From Camelus ferus (taxonomy: Eukaryota), in the NCBI RefSeq assembly GCF_009834535.1, contig NC_045697.1, positions 45,882,001-45,946,000 on the forward strand: a DNA stretch of 64,000 nt. Direction: 5' to 3'. Below the pieces are notes generated by a model, which saw only the letters and a program-made list of their open reading frames with translations, was not told the DNA's origin and searched no databases. Shown here one piece after another: positions 24,713 to 36,329 of this stretch. Position 1 is the first letter of the stretch, and the number at the start of each line of letters is the position of its first letter. A program made the position numbers and the translations under genes.

Positions 24713-25639
24713 AGATTAATCATATTCTCTCTACATACATGTGTATATCTAAAATTCTCCTCAAAAATAGATTTAGTAACATAAACTTTCCAATATGAAT
24801 GACATATAGAAAATGATATAGAGAATTTAATGAATTTTTAAAATATTTCCCTCAAAAGGCCTTGAATATGATTGAAGGACAAACTGGATAAAAGCCAGAA
24901 TAAAGAAAAGAGATTTAGAAAAACACAATGTGATTTTTTTAAAATAAAGAAATAATTATGGGGTAGTTTGTGAAGGAGGCTCTAAAGGTCCTCAATTATG
25001 TAGGCAGAATGTAAAATAATTTTCAGTAGCAGTTTTCAACACACATGTGTGGCAAAAGCAGATTTCTTTTTGCACGGAAAGTAAGAGAGATTTATGAGTT
25101 ACACTTTTAATAAGTTATTTCTTTTTTAATGATATGGGAATATTTTAATAAAATGTCATGTTTCTTTTCATTAGTCAAGTAAATGCCACTGCAGTTAACT
25201 ATATCCACAGCTGTTACATTACATTGTCACACATAAAAGTTCAAAACGTAAAATGTGAAGATACACTGAATAAGTGCCACATTATGGTGGATAAGAGTAA
25301 AGATGTAAACTTAACCCTGCTCCCAGCTGGTGCAGCACAAATGCATAATAAATAGAATCCTTCAGGTGTCACGTGATTGCTTCTGTCTTCCTACCCAGTG
25401 TTGCCCAAGTGTTTTTAGGAACTCACCTGGAGAAAGTGACCAGAACAAAGCAACAAATAATGGCTCTGAGATATAAGATACATTATTGTGAAAGACTATA
25501 TGGAATAAACAAAAGCCAAGATCCAATAATGTGCTACGATTATATACAAAGCTTAAACTTTATGTGTTAGTGTCAAACTAAACTCATGGGATCATATTTG
25601 CACTAGGTCTATAAAATTCTTGCTTGTGCTTGGCTCTTG

Positions 25640-26800
25640 CTTTGTTTAAGGACTTCACCCATAAGTGACAGAAATACTAAGAAGTGTGGGAGCAATTACA
25701 ATGATGGCTCCCAATTAGCATAGGGGAAGAGGAAGACCCTCAAAAGTCTTTCTGGTGAGTTAATGCCTGAGATGGTCTTAAAACCAGCTAAGTAGGAAAT
25801 GGGGAAAAAAGAGAAACTTCTGAATAAAGATGAGAGAATAAGACAACACACAGAGACAAGAAAAAGTATGATATATTCAAGGAAACTCAGCAGTAGGGGA
25901 CTTCTACAGCTTAAGACAAATAAGGGTTGAAACTGGAGAGATCCACGAAGGACTTCCAAGCCACATTAAAGATTTTGGGCTTCACTGTATATATGACAAA
26001 AATTCTTTAAATATCATTAAGGAACAGACTGACAGATCAGATTTTCAGTTTAGAAAAGCTATTTTGGCAGTCGTATGTAAGTTATAGCTAAAGACAATAT
26101 TAGCCTGGAGGCAAGAATTTCAGTTAGGAGATGTTATGGGTTGAATTCTGTCCACTCAAAAGATATAATAAAGTACTAACGTCCAGTACCTCAGAATATG
26201 ACCTTATTTGAAAATAGGGTCATTGCAGATATAATTCATTAAGATAAGGTCCTACTAGAGTAAGATAGACTCAATCCAATATGACCAATATCATTATAAG
26301 AGAGAGGTAGAACATCATTTGAAGATGAAGGCAGAAAATGGAGAAGGGCATCTACAAACAAAGGAATGCCAAAGGATTGCTGATCATCACCAGAGGCTAG
26401 GCGAGAGGAATGCAACATATTCTTCCTCAGAGGTCTCAGAAAGAATTAACCCTACCAACACTTTCAATTTCACACATCTAGCTTCCAGAACTGTGAAAGC
26501 ATAAATGGCTATTGTTTTAGCCACCCAGTTTATTATACTTTGTTAAGGCAGTCCTAAGGAAACCAAGGTCAGAGCAATGGTACAGAAGAGTGGAAGTAGG
26601 GAAATGCCATTAAAGATGGATAGAAGAGAGAAACTTTCTGGATATATTTATAAGGTAAAATTGGTATATGTGAGCAATTGACCAAAAATTGGGAGTGAAC
26701 TGTGGGAGGAGCCCAGAATGACTCAGTTTTCATGGGAGATGAGAGTGAATCAAAATAATATAATGAATATTGAAGAATCAATTCCAAGCGGGACGTATAT
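25640..26800 (-). mobile_element. L2 fragment interrupted by MLT1C
   Basis: gagatggtcttaaaaccagctaagtagg...agccacattaaagattttgggcttc...gatcagattttcagtttagaaaagctattttggcag; resumes after ~26547. Confidence 0.6.
26132..26546 (+). mobile_element. MaLR solo LTR, MLT1B/C-like
   Basis: tgttatgggttgaattctgtcc...gtacctcagaatatgaccttatttgaaaatagggtcattgcagat...aaggaatgccaaaggattgc...cttccagaactgtga. Confidence 0.88.
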
Positions 26801-27499
26801 TCATTTTTAATGGATTTAAGTAAAAAGGTAAAGGAAAATTTAGAATATTAAGAAAACAAATTCTAGTAACACTGGGCAGGTGATAGGTGTCCAGGGAAGT
26901 CACCCATTCTGGGGCAAGTAATCACCAATGAGAGTCTTAATAATATTATCAAAGTTCTGGCAGATAGGCAGGCAGGAATCTCTGTTGGGAAACCTTAATA
27001 CGTTCTGGTAAGCAACGACCCTTAAGAGTCATGGTTCCTGGGCTGGCATCCTATTTTTGGCCACATAAAACAGGACCTCATTGGGAGAAATGAGTACTGA
27101 GAAAAGTATCATATAGGATTAGAATCTCTACGTGCTCTTCTGTTCTTCAATATCATGTTCTACCTCCCATTACCCCAAGATTCTTCACTTGCTAGGGTAC
27201 CAAAAATGGCACCCTAGAAAAATCATTAGATCTGAAAATGTTACATTTCCAAAATATTTGTGTTTAATAATTAAACTGGTTATTAAATCTTAATAACGTA
27301 AAAGCCTTTGAGACCTAAAGTGATAATGAGGGAGATATTTTTGAGTAAAAATTATCTCTTGGCAGTCTTCAGTTCACATACTGGAAGTCAAAATCTACTT
27401 TGTTTACTTAAAAAACACTTCATACCTATATTCCCCTTTCTCCAACTCCTATTACTTCCTGAACTTGCTTTAAGTTCTCATTTTAATACATTTTTATTA

Positions 27500-27635
27500 G
27501 TCTAATTTCTACTGATAGACTATAAACTCCTTGAGGGCTGAGAATATGTCATCATAATTTTATTTTGGCACCGAAAAGAGCACAGTGTTTTGGAGAAGCA
27601 GACGTTTATTAAATATTTGTTGAATGAATGGATTG
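27500..27635 (+). mobile_element. L2 3' terminus
   Basis: tagactataaactccttgagggc...aaatatttgttgaatgaatggat. Confidence 0.7.
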
Positions 27636-28597
27636 GTTTTCAAGGTTACACTGTCTAATACAGACTCGGTCAGCAAATTATCTGATGTCTTATTCATTTT
27701 GGATGAATTTCAGCTGCCTCTACAATGATTTAGGGCATTCTTTGAAATTTATTTAAAGTGATAAATAGTATTTTGTTTAAATATCATAATTGGTATTTTT
27801 ATCATTCTCTCTTTTGAAAATATCTCATGTTAGGCAAGATGGATTTCCATTGTATGAGTGTAGAATACAGTACACATAGTACAGATGTGTTCAAGAATAT
27901 ACAGTGACAAAAATCAGAGCTGGGTATGAAATTCAAAATTTTAGGTAGCTGTCCTGCAACCACTAGACTATTTATGAAATTCTTCTTACTTATTTGTTGT
28001 ATTTACCTTTTATTTGAGGAAAAGTTCTCCAAGTGGTAAAATAACTGTTTAATATTTTACTTAAGTGATTTACCACTTTCAGAAAAGTATAAAATATTTG
28101 GCAGAGAACAAGACATTTTATGCATGTTAAAATAAAACTATTCTCTTACTTTCGTCATAGCCAAAGACTGTATTTCATAAAATTGAAGTATAAAAACGTT
28201 AGTTTCACATAATAGAAATAGAAACCACTGCAACTTAAATCAAAGAGTAAATATTCAAGTGAACATCAATTTTGTGAGAGCCATAGAAGGATTAGAGTAA
28301 AATTTATCTCTTATTGTGTCTAGGGGAAATCTTTACCCAGTCCGATCATTTGGTGAAAGTTTTACTTAAGAGCAATATATGCAAGAACTGGTTCCTGCCA
28401 GTGTAATCCTTAAGGAATGAACCTAAAAATCTTCATCATTTCAGTAATCAATATCTAATTTTTTGTACTGTTTTTAAGTTTTCAAGTGATCATAAGACTT
28501 TCTTTTATCCACATATTCAGTGTCATTGTTTTAATGGCAAAAGTTTTCTCTATTTTTTTTCTTTACTTACATGATTCCTTTTTTCTGAGTTCACCTT

Positions 28598-28790
28598 TTT
28601 TAAAAAAAAATTTAATATAGTTTTTAAAGGTTACTTTCCATTGACCATTATTACAAAATATTGGCTATCTTCCCCATGTTGAATAAATCCTTGAGCCCAT
28701 CTTACACCCAATAGCTTGTACCTCCCACTCCCTCACCCTTATATTGCTCCTCCTCCATCTCCCCACTGGTAACCACTAGTTTGTGCTGTG
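28598..28790 (-). mobile_element. Short L1 3'UTR fragment (cetartiodactyl-type)
   Basis: ttattacaaaatattggctatcttccccatgttg...ccccactggtaaccactagtttgt; imperfect flanking duplication ttcaccttttt/ttctccttttt. Confidence 0.75.
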
Positions 28791-29699
28791 CTTCTCCTTT
28801 TTTCATTAACTGATAAAAACTTAAAATTGGTGGCCCACTAGTCACCAGCAAAGCAATCTGAGATATGTGTTTTCATAGAAGTCAGAGTCCTAGCTCCATT
28901 TATCTTTCATTTTTTATTCATTTTCCTTCTTATTTCTAAATTATATTTGCTTGCTCTATGGTGCCTTAAATCATTGGTAGAATAAGTTAGAACACAATCA
29001 ATTTATAATTTTTAAAAACCAGCATAAAGTATTTTTAAATGTGCACAATTATAGCTATAGTTTTATTTTTTTTAATGTGTCTGTAATTCTACTATCTTTA
29101 AAGTCACCTTTCTGAAAGTACGAATGACTTGGGTGTTTCCTGCCAGCCATCACTTATGCTTGTGTAGACATGTATCATCCAGGCCTCATCTTCTCACACA
29201 CAAGGCTGACCTCAGTACCTTGCACCTGCGTGCTACTGAGGCGTGATTTGGTGAATCTGTATTACAGCTGAGCTACTGCCTCAGGGGAATGTTTAATAAT
29301 GATCAATGAAAAACTTTTTCCACCTTTATTGGGATATAATTGACATAAAACACTGTCCATTTAAAATGTACAAGGTGTCAATTTGATAACTTACATATTG
29401 CAAAATGATTACCACTGTAGCATTAACTAACACCACCATCATGTCACATAATTACCATTTCCTTTCCTTGAGGAAAACATTTCAGATCTACTCTCTTAGC
29501 AAGTTTCAAGCATATAATACAGTACTGTTAACTATAGACACCGTGCTGTACATCAGATTCCTGCCAATTTATTAATTTCTAACTGGAAGTTTGCACCATT
29601 TCACCAATACCTCCCCACTTCTCCCAGCTTGCAGGCCTTGGTAACCATCATTCTACTCTCTATTTCTACAAGTTTGGCTTTTTAAAATGCCACGTACAA

Positions 29700-32600
29700 G
29701 TGGTATCATACACTTACTTATCTTTGATGTCTGACATTTCACTTAGCGTAATGCCCTCAAGGTCCATCCATGTTGTCCCAAATGGCAGAATTTCCTTCTT
29801 TCTAATGGCTGAATACCATTATATATGTATATACCACAAGTTCTTTATCCATTCATCCTTTGATGGACACTTATGTTGTTTCCATATCTTGACTATTGTG
29901 AATAATGCTTCAACAAACATGGGAGTGCAGTCATTGGGACCCTGTTTTCATTTCCTTTGACCATATACCCAGAAGTGGGATTTCTGGATCATATAATAAT
30001 TCTATTTTTAATTTTTAAAGGAATCTTTATACTATTTTCCATAAATGCATCAAATTACACTCCCATCAATAGTGTACAAGGGTTTCCTTTGTTCCATATC
30101 CTTGCCAACACTTGTTTCAAAAACTATTTCTTGTTTTTTGGATAAGAGCCATTCTAACAGGTTTGAGGTGATATCTCACTTTGGTTTTAATCTGCATTTC
30201 CCTGATATCAGTGATGTTGAGCACCTTCATGCACCTGTTGGCCATCTGTATGTTGCCTTTAGAGAAATGTTTATTCAGATCCTCTGCACAATTTTCACTC
30301 AGGCTGTTTTTGTTATTGAGTGGCATGAGTTACCCTCTTTTATCAGACATATGGCTTGCAAATAATTTCTGCATAGGTTACCTTTGCACTTTGTTGATTG
30401 TTTTTTTTTCCTGTGGGAAACCATTTAGTTTGATGTAGTTCTACTTACTGATTTTTGCTTTAGTTGCTTATACTTTTGGTGTCATATGTAAAAAAGTACT
30501 GCCAAGACCAGTCAAAGAACTTTTTCCTTATGTTTTCTTCCAGGAGTTTTGTAGTTTCAAGTCTTACGTTTAAGTCTTTGATACATTTCATGTTAATTTT
30601 TGTGAGTAGTGCAAGGCAGGAGTCTAATGTCATTTTTCTACATGTGATTATCCTGTTTTCCCAACACCATTTATTTAATGAAGAGACTGTCTTTTCCCCC
30701 ACTGAGTATTTTTGGCTCCCCTTTAAAATATTAGTTGACCATAAATTTGGGGATTTATTTCTGGGCTCTCTATTCTTTTACATTGGCCTATGTCCCTATT
30801 CTTATGCTGGTACCACATTATTTTAATTATTGTAGCTTTGCAGTACAATATGAAATCAGGAAGGGTGGTACCTCCACCTTTGTTCTTAAGTTTCAAGATT
30901 GTTTTGGCTATCTGGAATCTTTCTGGTTCCATACAAATTTTAGGAAATTTTTTTTTCTATTTTTGAGTGAAATGCTATTGGCATTCTGATAAGATTGCAC
31001 TGAATCTATACATAGCTTTGGGTGGTACAAACATTTTAAGAATATTAATTTTTCTGACTCATGAAGATAGGATATCTTTCCACTTCTTTGTGTCCCTTTC
31101 ACTTTTTTCATCAAAGTCTTGTGTAGTTACATTGTACAGGTCTTTCACCTCCTTAGTTAAATTTATTCCTAGGTATTTTATTGCTTTTGATTCTGTCATT
31201 AATGGGATAGTTTTCTTTATTACTTTCAGATGTTTTGTTGCTGGTGTACAGAAACACTACTGATTTCTGTATGTCAATTTTATATATGGAAATTTTACTG
31301 AATTCCTCAATTAGTTCCAACAGCTTTTTGGTTGAGTCTTTAGGATTTTCTATATATATAATCATATCATCTTCAAATAATGAGAATCTTCCTTCTTTTC
31401 AGATTTGGATGCCTTTAATTTCTTTGTTTTGCCTAACTGCTCTAGCTAGGACTTCCAGCACTTTCTTGAATAAAGAGTGCTGAGAATGACACACTTGTCT
31501 TGTTTCTGACCTTAGAGGAAAAGCTTTCAATCTTTTACCATTGAGTATGATGTTAGCTATGAACTTGCCATACACGGCCTTTATTACGTTAAGGTAAGTT
31601 CCTTCTAACTCATTTTGTTGAAAGTTTTTATCATGAAAGATGCCGTATTTTGTCAAAAGCTTTCTCTGCATCTGTTAATAAAACAATCATATGATTTTTT
31701 TATTCTATTAATATGATGTGTCACATTTATTGATTTGCATATGTTAAGCCATCTTTGCACCCTGGGGATAAATCCCACTTGATTATGGTGTATGATCCTT
31801 TTAATGTTCTGTTTAGTTCAGTTTGCTAATATATTATTAAGAAAATTTGCATCTATATTCATGGTGGTATTGGTCTGTAGTTTTCTTTTCTTGTAGTGTC
31901 CTTATCTGGCTTTGGTATCAAGGTAATCCTGGCCTCATAAAAAGAGTTTGGGTGTGTTTCTTCCTCTTCAATGTTTGGAAGAGTTTGAGAAGGAGTAACA
32001 CCAATTCTTCTTTAAGTGTTTGGTAGAATTCACCCATGAAACCAACAGGGCCTAGGATTTTGCTTGTTGGGAGGTTTTTGATTGACTGGTTCAATCACCT
32101 TACTCATTATTTGTTCATATTTTCTATTTCTTCATGATTCAGTATTGGTAAGCTGCATGTTTCTAGGAATTTATCAATTTCTTTTACTTTATCCAATTTT
32201 TGGACATACAATTGTTCATAGTGGTCTCTTATGATTCTATGTATTTCTGTGGAATCATTTGTAATGTGTCCTCTGTCACCTCTGATTTTACTTATTTGAA
32301 TCTTCTCTCAATGTTATTAGTAGCTAAAGGTTTGCCAATTTTATCCTTTTGAAAAGCAAGCTCTTAGGTTCTTTGATCTTTTCTACTGTTTTTCTGGTCT
32401 CTATATCATTTATTTCCACTCTGGTCTTTATATTTCCTTCCTTCTGCTCACTTTGAGCTTAGATTTTTTTTTTTTTTTCCTATTTCCTTGACATACAGGT
32501 AGGGTGTTAACTTGAGAGCTTTATTTTTTCTTAATATAGGTGTTTATTACTATAATTTCCCTCTTAGAACTGCTTTTGCAGCATACCATAGGTTTTTTAT

Positions 32601-33090
32601 ATGTTGCATTTCCATTATCATTTGTTTCAAGATATTTTTTGATTTCCTTTTTGAATTATTCTTTGACCCATTGGTTGTTGAAGAATACGTTATCTAATTT
32701 TTGCATATTAGTACATTTCCCAATTTTCTTTCTGTTGTTGATTTCTAGTTTCATACCACTGTAGTCAGAAAACATACTTGGTGTGACTTCAATCTTAAAT
32801 TTCCTAAGGCTTGTTTGGTGGCATATCTTATGATCTATCCTGAAGAATGCTTCCTGTGCACTTGGGAAGATTTCTGGAGATGTATTCTGCTGCTGTTGAA
32901 TGAAATGTTCTATATATATCTGTTAGGTCTATTTTGTCTAAAGTATGGTACAAGCCCAGGATTTCCTTGTTGTTTTTCTGTCTGGATGATCTACCCATTG
33001 TTGAAAATCAGGTATTAAAGTCCCCTACTATTATCATATTGCTGTCTGTTTCTCCTTTCAGATGTGTTAGTATTTGCTTAATATATTTCA
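29700..33090 (-). pseudogene. Disrupted L1 ORF2 (endonuclease/reverse transcriptase)
   Basis: Many short minus-strand ORFs in different frames (30117-31671) with L1 ORF2 peptides, broken by stops and frameshifts. Confidence 0.9.
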
Positions 33091-33269
33091 TGTTCCTTCC
33101 TCCTTTCTTGTTGCCTTTCTTTGTGAATTAATTATGGTCGAATTCCCTTCTCTATCTTTTGTGAATCTATTATCAGTTATCATTTTGTGGTTACTTGCAT
33201 AAAACATCTAATAAATATGATAGTCTATTTTATACTGATTACAACTTAATTTCAATTATGTACTCACTT

Positions 33270-33950
33270 CTGAAGGATAACTCTGCCAGTTAGAGTACTC
33301 TTGGTTGACAACTTTTTTCTCTGAGCACTTTGAATGTATCATCCCACTCTCTCCTAGCTTACAAAGTTTCTGCTAAGAAATCCACTGATGGCCTAATGAG
33401 GGTTCCTTTGTAAGTTATAATTTTTTTCTCTTCCTGCTTTTAGGATTCTCTCTTTGTCTTTGATTTTTGACAGTTTTATTATGATATACCTTGGAGAAGA
33501 TAATTTTGCATTGAAATAATGGGATGATCTATTTGCTTCATGAATTTGTATGTCTAAATCTCTCCCCAGGTTCGGGAAATTCTCAGCCATTATTTCTTTA
33601 AATAAGTTTTCTACCCGCTTTTCCTTCTCTTCTCTTTCTGGAACTCTAATAATCTACATATTGATTCTGTTGATAGTGATTTAACTTTTCATAGATCACT
33701 TAGACTTTCTTAACTCTTTTTCATTACCTTTTCTTTGTTTTCCTCTATGCAGGTATTTTCAAAGTTCCTATCTTCTAATGCACAGATTCTTTTTCTATTT
33801 GGTCTATTCTGTGCTTGATGCTTTCTATTGCATTTTTTACTTCATTCATTGAACTCTTCAACTCCAGAATTTCTGTGTGGTTCCTTTTTTAGGATTTCTG
33901 TTTCTTTGTTAAATTTCTCACTGTGTCCATCATTTTGTTGAATTGCCTTT
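33270..33950 (-). pseudogene. Disrupted L1 ORF1
   Basis: ORF 33393-33590(-) MAENFPNL...SPRYIIIKLSKIKDKERILKA is characteristic of L1 ORF1p. Confidence 0.85.
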
Positions 33951-35979
33951 CTGCATTTTTCTTATAGTTTATTAAGTTTCCTTAAAACAGCTATTTTAAA
34001 TTTTTTGTTGGGTAAATCACAGATCTCTATGTCTTTGTCTTCAGTTACTGGAAGATTATTGTAATCCTTTTATAATGTTTCCATGGTTTTTCCTGCTTCT
34101 TGGAGGTTTGTGTTGCTGCCTTCACATCTGAGTTAGCAGTCACCTCCTCCAATCTTTATTAACTGACTTCAGGGTAGCAATACCTTCCATCAGTCCTGTA
34201 AGAGATTCTGAGGCTTTCTCAGGCCTTGAATGAACATACCTCCTCCACGCTTCTTGCTCCCATTGTGGCAGAATTCTTAAGCTTGTATGTCTTCTCTCAA
34301 TCCTACAATACACCAGGCTGGTTGCTGATAGCCTCTCTTTTGTTCTCCTGAAGGTAGCCCTACCATGGGACTTTTTTGTGTTTTCCCCCTGGCCCACAGA
34401 TCCTACCTGCTTTCTGTGCATGCTTATTAGTCTTCCAATGAAGCTATGCTCCCTGCTTTCTGGACTGAGCATAGGGAGCCAGCAGCAAAGTCAGAGGAGA
34501 CATGCAAGTTTTGTGTATGCCTAATGGGCCAGTTGCGGGAATTCACATATGAGACTTCCCCAGTGGTTTGTGGGCAATCTTCCTGATGGAGTCCACTATG
34601 CAGTCATTAGAAACTATGTCCCTTTAATACCCTCTCAGAATCACATCTGCCTCTTTCCCAATATTCTTTTCCTCAGTCATGGAGCTCCAAGTTTAGGACC
34701 CTGGGTGCCATAAGAGAGAAATGAGTCTCTTGGCAGCATCCTGCAAAGCTGGAGAAGGCTTGCAGTCACTCACCTGCTCTCCCTTACTCCATGGGAGAAA
34801 TCTCAGGCCATCTGGGTCTCATTTAGGCCTAAGCTGTGCTGCTTTGTGGGAGGGGCGATATGGGCAAAGTCAAGCTGTTCTTCTTATCCACTCCAATTCA
34901 GTAAGTCATATTTTTCCCCCTCCAACAGAGTGCAACTTCTTCTCTGGAAACCTGGAATTCTACAAAGGCTCTCTTGTCCCTCCATGGGTGACTGCCCAAG
35001 TCAGTGTTCTCCAGGTGCTCTGGACCACTGCCGAGAGGGGCTGGAACTGGTTCACAGGCTACTGCAGGTCCACAGCTGGTACTGAGGTCTGTTAGTCTAT
35101 TACCTGATGCACAGGTGGGTGAGACCCTGGGTCTCTTGGCAAATGGTACTGGATCCCACAGCTCCCACAGAGGCAGTTTTGTTTGTGGATGAATGAATGC
35201 CCAGTTTTTGTTCTCATGGAGGGGACAAAATGAGGAACATCTTATGCTGCCATGATTCTGATGTCACTATTTTCTTGGCAAATGTTTTGACACTTACATA
35301 TTAAAAGTAAAGGAGAAAATTTTAAGGAAAAATATCTTAAATAATAAGTAAATTCTTTTGGCATATCAGAGTAAAATATAACCTTCCCATGTGTATCAGA
35401 GAAATGTTATCACAGATAGAATGCTGACAGAGAACAGGACCAAGTGAACTAACTCTAAAGTGTGCTGTTAAATATACCCCACCTAGCTCGTAAGGTCAGT
35501 ATTTTGGTGCTCAGGGGAGATAAAATGAGTTAAGGAATGCCCCTCCCAGTGTTTTAGACACTTATTTCTCTCTGGTTGTGTAATTTACATAATTAAACAT
35601 ATTAAGTACTCAAAACAGAGTGAACACATAAAAAATTAAATAAAGAGCTTTTAAAGAACTTTAAAAGTCAACATGTGCTTCTTTCATGCTGTCTCCAAAT
35701 ACCTGTTGCCAGCTTTCCAGTGAGACCCCAAACTAGTGGTTGCCTAGAATGGAGATGAGGAGGCAGGTAAGGGGTAGAAAACCGCTCTTCTGCATCTCTC
35801 TCTGTCCTGGCCCATCCCAAAACTCACAAACTAAAGTTCTTACACTATATGAATCATAAAATTTTGTTCTTGGAACTCTGAGGACAGATAGGTTACTGGG
35901 CTCTTACTCACTTTGTTTTTGTAACTTCTAGTGTGCAACATATATTTGCGGATCCATGATTTGGGGCCGTTGCATGACA

Positions 35980-36240
35980 GTGCTGACAGATATTTGGCTA
36001 TGGTCAATCAAAACCCCTACATTTTCTAGTCCTGAGCTGCTCTTCAGCCAGGCTCACCACCACACAACTACATCCATTCTTAGGTGGCTGACCTTTTGAA
36101 CATGAGGCTAAAATTGTATATTGGTCCCTATGTTAAATTACATCTCATTGATTTTGGCCAATTCCAATCTGTCCTCAATTTCTTTGAATTCTAATTCAAA
36201 CATCTTAATTAATCCTCAAAGCTTTAGTAACTACAAATGT
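35980..36240 (-). mobile_element. L3/CR1 fragment
   Basis: gagctgctcttcagccagg...tgttaaattacatctcattgattttggcc...ctttgaattctaattc...cctcaaagctttagtaactacaaat resembles antisense CR1 RT region. Confidence 0.55.
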
Positions 36241-36329
36241 ATTTATTTGTTCAATAAATAGTAACAGAGTGCTTAGTGTTAGTATATATACTAGAAAGTG
36301 GGGTTACAGAGATGAAAAAGACAAAATTA

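Larger units (their letters stand above)
29315..35270 (-). mobile_element. Near-full-length decayed L1 (L1MA9-like 3' end) with 3'UTR, ORF2, ORF1 and 5'UTR
   Basis: Minus-strand ORF fragments are L1 ORF2 (MIIYIENPKDSTKKLLELIEEFSK; AFPLRSETRQ; LNKHFSKGNIQMANRCMK) and ORF1 (MAENFPNLGRDLDIQIHEANRS...RILKAGREK). 3' end matches recalled L1MA9; GC-richer 5'UTR at ~34100-35270. Confidence 0.93.

Noticed and set aside
26860..27090. Possible ancient Gypsy-type LTR fragment
   Set aside because: Only a vague resemblance, with no termini or TSD; not enough to call.
34140..35192. Longest ORFs (110-124 aa) as a novel gene or L1 ORF0
   Set aside because: They lie in the GC-richer L1 5'UTR where stops are rarer, overlap in several frames, and show no recognisable homology.
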